Part shown: positions 1 through 9,261 of the stretch, piece after piece
Layout of the letters: each line of letters opens with the position of its first letter
How positions within the stretch are numbered: position 1 is the first letter of the stretch
From: an uncultured Lachnospiraceae bacterium
Lineage (GTDB): Bacteria > Bacillota > Clostridia > Lachnospirales > Lachnospiraceae
Direction of reading: 5' to 3'
NCBI GenBank assembly: GCA_947631955.1
Contig: CANRNJ010000005.1
Span: forward strand, 85,544 to 149,543
Length of the DNA: 64,000 nt
The notes under the pieces: generated by a model
Database searches by the model: none
Told to the model about the DNA's origin: nothing
Seen by the model: only the letters and a program-made list of their open reading frames with translations
Made by a program: the position numbers and the translations under genes

Positions 1-402
1 TTCCCCGTATGTTTCATGGCCGCGTCCCCATCTGGGATCACGGAAGATATTTACATTGGGCGACCAGAACGTCAATCCCTTGTAGATATCCCTGTCGCCT
101 TCTTTGGAAAGCGCATTGTATTTTGCCCGCCCTTCGGTGGCCGCGACATCTCCCGCCTTTTCGACCAGTTCAGGATCAAAGGCTGCCGCCATGCCGATCG
201 CCTGCGGAAAACTCGTCGCCGTACCGGCGCGCGCCACGCCGTGCAGCGCTTCATTCCACCAGTTATATGCCGGAACATTCAGCCTCTCAATGGCCGGTGC
301 GTCATAGCGCAGCTGGGACGCCCGCTCCTCTATAGTCATTCTGCTCACTAACTCTTTTGCTTTTTCCGCTGCTCTTTTTCTGGCTTCGCTTCTTTTACCC
401 AT
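1..402 (-). CDS. GH3 beta-xylosidase/beta-glucosidase, 5' part (runs off window edge)
   Basis: Absent from the ORF track. Manual translation from ATG at 402: [76 protein letters not shown]...[22 protein letters not shown], classic GH3 N-terminal motifs; SD-like GAAAGGA upstream. Confidence 0.92.
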   Translation of the reverse strand, partial: MGKRSEARKRAAEKAKELVSRMTIEERASQLRYDAPAIERLNVPAYNWWNEALHGVARAGTATSFPQAIGMAAAFDPELVEKAGDVAATEGRAKYNALSKEGDRDIYKGLTFWSPNVNIFRDPRWGRGHETYGE

Positions 403-652
403 ACATTTTTTCCTTTCAATCACATGATCAGGTTTTCGGTTTTCCTATGTCCGGCGTTTGTATCCGGCTGCGCCGTCGGCAGGAACGTCAACGATCTATT
501 ACTATTACTGAATATACAGTATACTATAACCGTCGGAACAAATGCAATAACGATCACGGCAAATTTGCTTTTTTTACTTTTTGTGGTATTATCAAAAATA
601 GAAAAAAGCAATTTTTCGTAATTGATTATGACCAAAGGAGAACCTGTCGGAT

Positions 653-1507
653 ATGATAGAAGTGCTGAACGGTATCAGAGAAACCGTAGTTTACAAAAAG
701 ATCGAAAGCTTCATGCTGTTTGACAACACCGATTACGAAGCCTATCCCGATCATTGGCACACGCAGATCGAGATCGTCATGCCTTTGGAAGATTCCTATC
801 AGGTTTCCTGCCCGGATTCCGGTTACACGCTTAAAGAGGGCGACCTGCTCTTCATCAATTCCGGCGTGATCCACAGTATGCCCGCCATGCGCGGTGAACG
901 GCTGATCTTTCAGGCGGATTTCTCCCTGCTGCACAACGTGGCGGACGTCGAATCCATTCTGACGAACCTGCCGTCCGCCCTGCTCATCACCCCGGACAGC
1001 GCGCCGTCCATACACGAGAGGCTCAAAGCCCTGATGCTCGACATCTATACCGAATATTTCAGCGACTCGATCCTCATAAGCGCTTCCATTTATTCCAAAC
1101 TGATCGAAATGCTGGTCATGATCGGAAGAGAATGGGCCGTAAACGGCAGAGCCTTTGACGTGACCCGCACCAAGCAGAAAGAATATACCGAAAAATTTAT
1201 GGCGGTATGCAGTTACATCCACGAGCACTGTACCGAGGATCTGTGTCTGGACAACGTGGCGGATCTTGCCGGATTCTCCAAATATCATTTTACAAGGCTG
1301 TTCAAGCGTTTCACCGGCATTTCTTTTTACAAATATCTGAACAAAAAACGGATCGAACATGCGGAGATGCTTCTGGTAGACCCCGAAATATCCATCACGG
1401 AAGTCGCCCTGCAGTCGGGCTTTTCCAGTCTTTCCGCATTTATCCGGATGTTCAAACTGATCAAGAACTGCACCCCTACCGAGTTTCGGAACATGCACGA
1501 AGACTGA
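653..1507 (+). CDS. AraC family transcriptional regulator (cupin + HTH)
   Basis: N-terminal HWHTQIEI cupin motif; C-terminal AGFSKYHFTRLFK...SITEVALQSGFSSLSAFIRMFK; divergent from GH3. Confidence 0.93.
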   Translation: MIEVLNGIRETVVYKKIESFMLFDNTDYEAYPDHWHTQIEIVMPLEDSYQVSCPDSGYTLKEGDLLFINSGVIHSMPAMRGERLIFQADFSLLHNVADVESILTNLPSALLITPDSAPSIHERLKALMLDIYTEYFSDSILISASIYSKLIEMLVMIGREWAVNGRAFDVTRTKQKEYTEKFMAVCSYIHEHCTEDLCLDNVADLAGFSKYHFTRLFKRFTGISFYKYLNKKRIEHAEMLLVDPEISITEVALQSGFSSLSAFIRMFKLIKNCTPTEFRNMHED

Positions 1508-2309
1508 GGGTCTTACCCGCCTCCAAGAGGACATGCCCGCCTTCCACACACAGATAGAGCGGTACGGCGGCCGGATTGTACAGCATCGTTCCGTCTACGG
1601 ACAAAACAAGGGAACGCATCGCCGTTACATACTCATAGATCTCTATATTTGCCGCATACCACACGTCTTGGCGCCCGTGGAGTTTATCGCATATATGCGC
1701 GATATGGTCCCAATTCCGGTTCCTCTCAAACTCAAAACTATGTCCCCAGATATACAGCAGCGACAGATTCCGAAATCCCTGCGGATGCAGGAAATCGTCC
1801 ATAAACGCATCCGTCGCCTTGTCGTGGTGGCAGCTGGGGTGCCAGCGCATGAAATCAGAAGGAAGGGCGAAATTCATCGTATCCTCGACTGTACGGCTGT
1901 ATACGATGCCGAGGTTTTTGGCCGCTGCGATCAGGCGGTCGTTATACTCGCCGAAAGGATAGGACAACCCACGGACGATCCGGCCGCTGTACTGCTCCAG
2001 CGCCGCTCTGTCCTCATACAGTTCGGCCACGGTCTGCGCCATGGACAGCTGATTGAAATACGGATGCGTCACGGCATGGCACGCGACCTCATGACCGGCG
2101 TAAAGATCCTGCACTTCGCCGGACGGGATGAACCCCTCCTGATCCAGAGTCCCGCTGTTCAGATGGAAAGTCGCCTTCATGCCGTATTGGTTAAAGATAT
2201 CGATCAGGCGCCTGTCGTATATCTGCGCGTCGTCATAGCTGAATGTCAGCGCTTTATCTCTCCACTCCGGAAAAAGAAATTTGATCTGTCTTGTTTTACC
2301 TTCTGTCAT
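1476..2309 (-). CDS. Polysaccharide deacetylase (CE4/NodB; possible acetylxylan esterase)
   Basis: TFSYDD, HEVACHAVTHP, SYPFGEY, LYIWGHSFEF motifs. Confidence 0.88.
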   Translation of the reverse strand: MTEGKTRQIKFLFPEWRDKALTFSYDDAQIYDRRLIDIFNQYGMKATFHLNSGTLDQEGFIPSGEVQDLYAGHEVACHAVTHPYFNQLSMAQTVAELYEDRAALEQYSGRIVRGLSYPFGEYNDRLIAAAKNLGIVYSRTVEDTMNFALPSDFMRWHPSCHHDKATDAFMDDFLHPQGFRNLSLLYIWGHSFEFERNRNWDHIAHICDKLHGRQDVWYAANIEIYEYVTAMRSLVLSVDGTMLYNPAAVPLYLCVEGGHVLLEAGKTLSLRACSETR

Positions 2310-2339
2310 TGCCTTCTCTTCTTACCTCCATGATCCTGT

Positions 2340-2432
2340 CACGCTGCCGCGCCGTTTCTGATCTGCTGTTCCGGCCGCGCTGCTTCTGACCGCGTTATTC
2401 CGGCCGCGCTGTTTTGGTCCTGCTGCCGCGCC
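2340..2432. repeat. Degenerate GC-rich tandem repeats (about 30-bp period)
   Basis: TTCCGGCCGCGCTG at about 2368 and 2398; GCTGCCGCGCCG at both ends. Confidence 0.5.
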
Positions 2433-2435
2433 GGT

Positions 2436-2945
2436 CTACAGCGGTTCCCGGCAGAAATAGCAGCTGTATTTCATCCGCGGCGCCGCCGGGATCAGGTTCT
2501 GCGCGCCGCAGTAGCCGCAGGATACGCACTGTTTATTCGGCGGCACGGGATCGCCGTCCAGAAAACGCTCCGCCGCCGTCAGTCTGCCCTTTTCCGCGTC
2601 GAGCCGCTTCTGCTCCACATATTTTTCTCTGGCATGTTCTTTTTCGTCCGCCGCCGCCTTTTCCATCAGATAGGCCGTGGTGGTATTTCCGTCCTCTTTC
2701 GCCTCCTGTATGGCCGACTGGACCGTCGTCTGGCGCGCTGCCTGCTGTGCGCCATGCCCGGCCATCGGACGCTGTTTCTGCTGCGTGTCCGGCCGTCCTG
2801 TGGGCCATGGACCTGCCTGCTGCGGCATTGAGGCATTGGGCCGCCGCTGATTTTCCATTTCCTCCTGCCTGCGTTTCTGTACTGTTTTATAGATCTTAAC
2901 ACCTATGAAGATGATAATAATCAGTTCAATCATTTTATTCTCCAT
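2436..2945 (-). CDS. Hypothetical protein, N-terminal membrane anchor and C-terminal Cys4 zinc-ribbon-like motif
   Basis: MENKMIELIIIIFIGVKIYK hydrophobic segment; C-terminal CGYCGAQN...CYFCREPL; start trimmed from 3053 (2933 also possible). Confidence 0.7.
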   Translation of the reverse strand: MENKMIELIIIIFIGVKIYKTVQKRRQEEMENQRRPNASMPQQAGPWPTGRPDTQQKQRPMAGHGAQQAARQTTVQSAIQEAKEDGNTTTAYLMEKAAADEKEHAREKYVEQKRLDAEKGRLTAAERFLDGDPVPPNKQCVSCGYCGAQNLIPAAPRMKYSCYFCREPL

Positions 2946-2948
2946 TCT

Positions 2949-3019
2949 GGAGCGTTCTCGCGACGGGGCGGCGCGAATCTCAAATTCGCGTCTGCCATCA
3001 GGGGAATTTGTGACGCTCC
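2949..3019. repeat. Dispersed structured intergenic element, copy 1
   Basis: GGAGCGTTCTCGCGACGG...GCCATCAGGGGAATTTGTGACGCTCC; shares both arms with 47534..47610; terminal GGAGCGT/ACGCTCC inverted repeat. Confidence 0.75.
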
Positions 3020-3139
3020 GGCACAAATTCTCGTGTGAAAAATAAGCTATCAAGCTTATTTTTCAATCTATTCTCCTCCAAAATCATTGTCCGGACATCC
3101 GGCCCCGCGCCGTCCTTCCCACTCTGCCGGGATACGCGC

Positions 3140-4123
3140 CTAAGATGCGGCGCTGTATTTCACGATCAGCAGTTCCACGCTCATCACATCGTCCAGTCTG
3201 CCCGTCTTGACCGCTTCTTCCGTTTCCACACAGTCTGTCAGCGCCCTGCGCAGATCGTCCTCCCGGAAACCGGCCGCCTGCGCCGCGTATTTTCGGACTA
3301 TAAAACCTGCCAGTCCCACCTTTTTTCCGATGTCTTCCACGCCATAGCCTTTGTTCCTGAGTTCCTTGACCTGAAGAAGCATATTGAACTGTCTGGCGAT
3401 CAGAAACAGGATACGCATGGGCGGTTCCCTGAGCGCCAGAAGATCATAGTACAGTTCCATCGCTTTCTTCTGTTTCTTTTCCGCCAGAGCGTTGATCATA
3501 TCAAAGATGCGGCTGCTCATCTGCCTTGTGCACACCGCCTCGATATCCTGCGCCGTGACCACCTCTTTGTCCATGCAGTAACACAGCAGTTTCTCCAGTT
3601 CGCCCCGGATGTTCACCATATCCGGGCCCGTTCTGTCCAGAAAAAAGTTTAAGTCGCTCTCTGTGATCTTTTTATTCTCCTTATTCAGGATGCCGAGTAT
3701 CCAGCGTTTCAGCGTCGTTTCGTCCTGCGCGGCGAACTCGATCGCACGCCCTTTGGCCGTCGCCGCCTTGTAGAGCCTGCTCCGCTTATCCACGGTCTGT
3801 TCCACAAATACAAAGTACGCCGTTTCACACGGGTCCTGCAGATACTCCGCAAGTTCTTCCCCGCCATGGGCAAACAGTCCGCTGTTTTCCAACAGGATCA
3901 CCCTGCGTTCAGCCAGAAAAGGCATGGTCTGCGCAAGGTCGATCAGTTCTCCCACCCGGATGTTTTTCCCCTCAAAATAGTGGAAGTTCATGGCGTCGCC
4001 GCCTGCAAGCAGCGCATCTTTCAGCCGGTTCTTATACTGGTTCCGCAGATACGCTTCTTCGCCGTAGAGGATATAGACCTGTTTCAGTTGACCCGATTTG
4101 ATTTCTTCCAACAGCTTCTTCAT
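3140..4123 (-). CDS. holA: DNA polymerase III delta subunit
   Basis: YILYGEEAYL, AQTMPFLAERRVILLEN, ELEKLLCY, IFDMINAL motifs; downstream of comEC. Confidence 0.95.
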   Translation of the reverse strand: MKKLLEEIKSGQLKQVYILYGEEAYLRNQYKNRLKDALLAGGDAMNFHYFEGKNIRVGELIDLAQTMPFLAERRVILLENSGLFAHGGEELAEYLQDPCETAYFVFVEQTVDKRSRLYKAATAKGRAIEFAAQDETTLKRWILGILNKENKKITESDLNFFLDRTGPDMVNIRGELEKLLCYCMDKEVVTAQDIEAVCTRQMSSRIFDMINALAEKKQKKAMELYYDLLALREPPMRILFLIARQFNMLLQVKELRNKGYGVEDIGKKVGLAGFIVRKYAAQAAGFREDDLRRALTDCVETEEAVKTGRLDDVMSVELLIVKYSAAS

Positions 4124-4135
4124 AAATTCAGTATA
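4124..4135 (-). promoter_or_regulatory. -10 box (TATACT) 6 nt upstream of holA ATG, probable leaderless promoter
   Basis: Minus strand reads ctcTATACTgaatttATG; no SD. Confidence 0.55.
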
Positions 4136-4213
4136 GAGTAGTTTGCGTTATAAATCAAATCCAATTTTCCACAGGTTTTGCACGGTCTAAATGCTATCCG
4201 CAATGAAACGCCC

Positions 4214-5548
4214 CTATCTCTCACACAGAAAAGGCAGCAGATAGATCGGCAGGTATCTGAGTCCGTCGGCTCTGTTCAGATCTTTCTGTGAAAGGATGAC
4301 GCTCCCGCCAGCATGACCCGCGTATTTCTTTCTGAATTCCATCAGGGATTCATGTCTGCCTGTCCCGGCGGACTTGACCTCCAGAGCCGTAATCTTCGTT
4401 CCCTGCGCCAGAAGGAAATCTATCTCATAATAATGCGTACTCCCCGTTTTCTCCCATGTATGATAATACAGTTCCCTTCCCGACGACGCTATGAGCTGAG
4501 CGGCGAGGTTTTCATACAAATACCCCAGATTGGCCGGCAGCTTATCCGACAGCAGCTTGACATAGATCTCATTTTCGGCCTCCGGTCTGTCGATAAACAT
4601 CAGCGTGATAAACAATCCCGTGTCTGCGACATACAACTTGTAGCTGTCCGTATCTTTTGTAAGCGGCAGACTGACTCTCGGATCTGTGACATTGTAGGAT
4701 GGCAGTACCGTCCCCGAATCTATCAGGTCATAAACAAGCGCTTCGTCTTTCGCCGTTTTCCTGCGTCCGACCGCCTGTGTCAACCGATAACGCCTGACTC
4801 CTCTGGAAAGCTGCGCCGGTATGGAATGATAGATCATAGCCAGCCTGCCTGACGGATCCAGCCGTTTGAAGTCGTCTTCATAGAGTCTGATGATCTGCCG
4901 CTTGATCTGGTCTATCATTGCAAAGTTTTCACCGTTCACATACGCCTCGACCGCCTGCGGCATACCGCCTACTGCCATATACAGTCTAAGGTCACGCATA
5001 AGTTTTCGATTCGTCTGCTGTCCGATGCTCCTGTTTTTCTCATATATCCCGCCAAGCGCCTCATAGTTTTTTCCCACCGCCAGACAAAATTCCTCATAAT
5101 CCATCGGGTATACATGGATCTTCATTTCCTCAGATGGGATCAGGATATTCTTGACATTCTTTTTAATCGAGATCAGCGATCCCGTTTCCAGATAATGGTA
5201 TCTGCCGTCCTTCACCAAATGCTTGATTGCCTGTCTGGCTTTTGGAAATAACTGCACTTCGTCAAAAATCACCAGCGATTCATGCTCATACAGATCGACG
5301 CCGCGCACCGCCTGCAGCCTTAAAAAAAACATATCCAGATCGTGAATATCGTCAAAACAGGCAAGTTCTTCGTTCGACGTCCGGGAAAAATCCACCAAAA
5401 TATAAGATCTGTACTCATTTGCAGCAAACCTTTCTGCAATCGTAGATTTTCCAACACGTCTTGCACCCTCCAACAGTACAGCGTATCGGTCGGCGTATTT
5501 TGTTTTCCATTGCACCAGGTCGTCATATACCTTCCGCCAAAAAAACAT
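4214..5548 (-). CDS. AAA_14/DUF4143-type ATP-binding protein with C-terminal PD-(D/E)XK-like motif
   Basis: Walker A GARRVGKST, Walker B VIFDEVQ, GGMPQAV, KLYVADTGL, C-terminal YEIDFLL...ALEVKS; start ATG 5548 (GTG 5557 alternative). Confidence 0.85.
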   Translation of the reverse strand: MFFWRKVYDDLVQWKTKYADRYAVLLEGARRVGKSTIAERFAANEYRSYILVDFSRTSNEELACFDDIHDLDMFFLRLQAVRGVDLYEHESLVIFDEVQLFPKARQAIKHLVKDGRYHYLETGSLISIKKNVKNILIPSEEMKIHVYPMDYEEFCLAVGKNYEALGGIYEKNRSIGQQTNRKLMRDLRLYMAVGGMPQAVEAYVNGENFAMIDQIKRQIIRLYEDDFKRLDPSGRLAMIYHSIPAQLSRGVRRYRLTQAVGRRKTAKDEALVYDLIDSGTVLPSYNVTDPRVSLPLTKDTDSYKLYVADTGLFITLMFIDRPEAENEIYVKLLSDKLPANLGYLYENLAAQLIASSGRELYYHTWEKTGSTHYYEIDFLLAQGTKITALEVKSAGTGRHESLMEFRKKYAGHAGGSVILSQKDLNRADGLRYLPIYLLPFLCER

Positions 5549-5571
5549 GCCGTCCACACCCCTTCAAATTC

Positions 5572-5736
5572 AGTGTTTACATTTCTTCAAAATAATAATA
5601 TTGCATTTCATGCATTTCTTCAAGATTTTTTTGTTCTGTTTTATGCATTTCTTCAAGATTTATTTATCCCATTTCTTGCATTTCTTCAAGATTTGTTTAT
5701 TCAATTTCATGCATTTCTTCCAAATTTTTATTTTGT
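5572..5736. repeat. Five tandem 33-bp units, consensus RTTTCATGCATTTCTTCAAGATTT-N9
   Basis: Core CATTTCTTC starts at 5580, 5613, 5646, 5679, 5712 (exact 33-bp period); lies between comEC stop and ATPase start. Confidence 0.92.
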
Positions 5737-5790
5737 TTCCCGTTCCCGGCCCGCTCGATCCTGCTCTCACATGAACAGACGCTCTCTTTT

Positions 5791-8145
5791 CTATCGGCAG
5801 TATTCCTCCACACGCACCCGTCCGCTTTTAACATACACCGTCACCGCGCCGCTCTCCTGCGTGCCGTATATCCGGCATCCCGCCTCTGTAAGTCTTTGCA
5901 GGAGTTCTTCGTGCGGATGGCCGTACCGGTTGTTCCTGCCGGAGGAGATCAGGGCGATCTTCGGCTCGACCGCGTTTAGGAAATCTCCGCCTGTGGAATT
6001 GCCCGACCCGTGGTGCGCCACTTTGAGCAGCGTGACGCCGCGCAGTCCTCTGTTCTTCAAATCCTGCATCGTCTTCGTCACCCTGTCCTCGCCTTCTCCT
6101 TCCAGATCGCCCGTAAAAAGGGCGCTGAAACCGCCGTAGGTCAGATACAGCACCGTCGAGTAGGCATTGACGTCCTCCGTATCCCATCCTGTTTCCGGAT
6201 GTATGCAGATTAACATAACTTTCCCGAATTTCAGGGTATCTCCTCTGCCCAGATACCGAACGTCGGCTCCGGCTCTGCCCGCAGCATCCTCCAGATCGTG
6301 ATACGCCTCATTCCTTCCGGTTTCTCCCACATCCGGCAGATACAGGGCCCCCACGGCGATCCTGTCCGTTTCCGGCTGTTCAAGCAGTTCGCGTATGCCG
6401 CTTATATGATCGCTGTCCGGATGGGTGACGACGACGGCATCAAGATATGACACGCCTTCATGCTTCAAATAAGGCATGATTTGATATTCCGCCACATTGC
6501 TCTTGTCGGAACTGCCGCCGTCGATCAGCAGATTCATGCCGCCGTCCTCGGTCAGACAGATGCAGTCGCCCTGCCCGACATCCAGCATCGTGATCTGCAG
6601 CCCCTGCGGCAGCCGGATCGACAGCACGCGCAGCGCGCACAGCACACACAGCCAGAAATGCATTTTGGACATCTTTCGGTTCCGCAGCACGGCTCCCGCA
6701 AGGATCGCCAGAAAAAAGGCGATCTGCCACGTTTCCGGGCATCCGGCGGCCCACCTGCTGCCCGGAATCCGGATAAAGAAGCCGCAGCACTTTTTGTAAA
6801 ACGCGAGCATCAGATGCACCGGGTAAGCCGCAGCCGTCCCAAGCGGCAGACAGCACGCCGCGACGCCCAGAGCGGCCAGTCCGCCCGCGAGCACAAACGT
6901 CATGCACGGGATCACAAGAAGATTCAGCAGGATCGAGTACGGCGGAAACTCGTAATAGAACCGCAGATATACCGGGAGCGTAGACAGAGAGATGGCGGTG
7001 CCCGACAGCAGCGCTTTCTCCCATCGGCCGGTGCCCAGCTGATTCTCCTGCGCCGCAGGGAGGAAGACACCGATCCCGCATATCGCGCCGAAGGAAAAAA
7101 GGAAGCCGCTGTGCTGAACATATAACGGCTGAGAGGACAGCATCAGAAGCGCGGCGGCGGCCAGTGCGGTCAGAAGGTCGTAAGTCCGCCCGATCAGTTC
7201 CGCGCCCAGATGCAGGCCGAACATGATATACGCCCTGAGCATGGAGATCCCCATGCCGGTCATGACTCCGTATCCGTACATGAACGCTGCCGACAATATT
7301 ATGTTGACCGTATCAGGAAATCTCATGCGCTTCATGATCCTGTGGAGCCCCATCCCGATAACGGACAGATGCAGGCCGCTGATCGCCAGTATATGCAGGA
7401 TCCCGTTCTGGCGGTACAATTCTTTGATATCGCCGTTCAAAGTTCCTTTTTCTCCGAGCAGCATCGCCTTTATGACAGAAGCGTCCTCCGGGTCGAAACA
7501 GTGGTCCGCCAAAAGGCCCAGATACTCTTTCAGCCGGTTCAGTTTATCCCGAAACACGCTGTACGAGGCGCTCCGGGCAAGACAACGGCAGTTCATGATC
7601 CTGCCCTGCTGCCCCATGATGCGGTAATAGTCCGCCGAATCAAATTCGCCGGGATTGGACGCATGGGTAAAAGCGCGGAAGTCCCCCGCAACGACAACAA
7701 GGCTGCCGACGGGCGGCATATCGTCCGCGTCCATATAACACAAAACGCCTTCGATCCCTTCCGTATCCTGATCTTGCAGAGTTTTTCGGTTTTCTTTCCA
7801 GAAATGATGCAGTCCGCGCTGTGAAAGCTGATCAGAACGTAACAAGAATTGCTCCAGACTTGAAATATGACTTTCCGTAAGGACTGCTGCTTCCGATAAG
7901 GTAACGACCGGTGTTTTTCCGGCCGCCGTTTCTTTGTACTCCGTGTACTTTACATATCCCGCCGCCGTGACGGTTTTCCGGTCCAGTTCTTCATAGACCG
8001 GCGCTCCCCGCACCGTACATGCAGCGGCCGCCACCGCTGCCGCAAAGGCAAGCCCCGCAAGGCACAGCGGTCTTCTGACTGATAACAGATTAATCCTGAT
8101 CGCCTCCTCCCGGCACAAGCAGATCCAGATTCCGCTCAAACACAT
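5791..8145 (-). CDS. comEC: DNA internalization competence protein ComEC/Rec2
   Basis: HILAISGLHLS, GFLFSF, LLNLLVIP, metallo-beta-lactamase domain (LDVGQGD, THPDSDH, KVAHHGS, NRYGHP); true start uncertain (probably near 8094-8070). Confidence 0.93.
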   Translation of the reverse strand: MCLSGIWICLCREEAIRINLLSVRRPLCLAGLAFAAAVAAAACTVRGAPVYEELDRKTVTAAGYVKYTEYKETAAGKTPVVTLSEAAVLTESHISSLEQFLLRSDQLSQRGLHHFWKENRKTLQDQDTEGIEGVLCYMDADDMPPVGSLVVVAGDFRAFTHASNPGEFDSADYYRIMGQQGRIMNCRCLARSASYSVFRDKLNRLKEYLGLLADHCFDPEDASVIKAMLLGEKGTLNGDIKELYRQNGILHILAISGLHLSVIGMGLHRIMKRMRFPDTVNIILSAAFMYGYGVMTGMGISMLRAYIMFGLHLGAELIGRTYDLLTALAAAALLMLSSQPLYVQHSGFLFSFGAICGIGVFLPAAQENQLGTGRWEKALLSGTAISLSTLPVYLRFYYEFPPYSILLNLLVIPCMTFVLAGGLAALGVAACCLPLGTAAAYPVHLMLAFYKKCCGFFIRIPGSRWAAGCPETWQIAFFLAILAGAVLRNRKMSKMHFWLCVLCALRVLSIRLPQGLQITMLDVGQGDCICLTEDGGMNLLIDGGSSDKSNVAEYQIMPYLKHEGVSYLDAVVVTHPDSDHISGIRELLEQPETDRIAVGALYLPDVGETGRNEAYHDLEDAAGRAGADVRYLGRGDTLKFGKVMLICIHPETGWDTEDVNAYSTVLYLTYGGFSALFTGDLEGEGEDRVTKTMQDLKNRGLRGVTLLKVAHHGSGNSTGGDFLNAVEPKIALISSGRNNRYGHPHEELLQRLTEAGCRIYGTQESGAVTVYVKSGRVRVEEYCR

Positions 8146-9124
8146 TGTTCAGATCGATCTTTTCCCGGTAGGAAACGTTGGTTTCGCCGTTTACGCTGAT
8201 CTGGACTTTATTGACGTCGGACAGTTCCACCAGTGAATTTGTGATGGAATATATCGTCACTTCCGGATTCACACTGTATGCCTGATTCAAAAAATTTTCA
8301 TCCAAGTTTACATAACATACCCCGTCGTTGACCGTCACGCTGACGATCTTCGTCGCCGGATTCACCGTGGGATAAGCATCCTGCGATTCCGGACCTCCCA
8401 CCAGTTTCTCCACCACCAGTTTTTCCAGAGAGATGTTGCTGCTGTATACTACGTTTCTACGGTTCTCCTCCACCAGACCCGTGCCGTCCTTATTGGCGAA
8501 ATACAGATGCAGGGTGGTCTGCTCATAGGCGTTGATCTCCGTGCCCGCATTATCGATGAACAGATCCGGGGACATCGTGCCGATCGCCGTGCCGGAACTG
8601 TCTAAGAGCATGTCGCCCTGAATCGTAAAAGACACATGATCGATCCCGTCGATCTGGGTCAGAGTCCTTACGACCGCTGCCCTCGACAGCACTTCTTTGA
8701 TGCTGTCCATCTCATTGTAGCGCTCGCTGAAATTCATCGTCAGCTGCCCGTTGTCCAACGTATAGCCCAACAGTTCCATGCTGCCCGTAAGCGGCGGCTT
8801 GTACTCCAGTTTGGCCGGGACCGTTGACAGCTGTTCGATCAGTTCCGCCAGCAGGCTTTCCGTATCCTGCGCTGTGCTGACGTAATTGCCGGTGACTGTT
8901 TTTGTTTCATCGTTGTTTACATAATATATCTCATATGTTTTCCCGCCCTCCGGCTCTTCTCTGCGGCCGCACGCCGTGCCAAGCATCATGACAGCGGCTG
9001 TGCAGATCCACAGCGCGGCGGATCTTATGATTCTTTTATAGGTCCTTTCATGGATCTTTTTATTTTTCAGGATCTCTTCGATCCTGCCGATAACTCTTTT
9101 CTTTTCCATTTCTGCCACATCCAA
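8090..9124 (-). CDS. GerMN domain lipoprotein
   Basis: Lipobox-like MMLGTAC; two GerMN-like repeats (AAVVRTLTQIDGIDHVSFTIQG; SITNSLVELSDVNKVQISVNG); start uncertain (9109 possible). Confidence 0.82.
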   Translation of the reverse strand: MDVAEMEKKRVIGRIEEILKNKKIHERTYKRIIRSAALWICTAAVMMLGTACGRREEPEGGKTYEIYYVNNDETKTVTGNYVSTAQDTESLLAELIEQLSTVPAKLEYKPPLTGSMELLGYTLDNGQLTMNFSERYNEMDSIKEVLSRAAVVRTLTQIDGIDHVSFTIQGDMLLDSSGTAIGTMSPDLFIDNAGTEINAYEQTTLHLYFANKDGTGLVEENRRNVVYSSNISLEKLVVEKLVGGPESQDAYPTVNPATKIVSVTVNDGVCYVNLDENFLNQAYSVNPEVTIYSITNSLVELSDVNKVQISVNGETNVSYREKIDLNNVFERNLDLLVPGGGDQD

Positions 9125-9220
9125 ATCCGTTATGCGGCGGGCGCCGCATGATGTTTCCGCCCAAATCCGTTACAGCTTCCCTGCGCCGCTTGACATTTCT
9201 GTCCCAATCCGCTACAGCCG
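9121..9220. repeat. Three degenerate direct repeats (CCAAATCCGTTA-like, about 40-42 bp period)
   Basis: ccaaatccgtta at 9121 and 9161, cccaatccgcta at about 9203. Confidence 0.55.
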
Positions 9221-9261
9221 CTCGGCGCTTGGGCCGGACTCCGGCCGTTTGGCGCCCGTCC

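Noticed and set aside
5572-5736. 33-bp array as a CRISPR array
   Set aside because: Variable parts are only ~9 nt and AT-rich, the repeat is not palindromic, and no cas genes are present.
5547-5774. 75-aa plus-strand ORF with MHFFKI repeats
   Set aside because: By-product of the 33-bp (11-codon) period; no SD, and it is antisense to the surrounding operon.
8070-8145. ATT start for comEC at 8094 after GGAGG
   Set aside because: Plausible, but canonical ATG/TTG codons exist upstream in frame; cannot be resolved from sequence.
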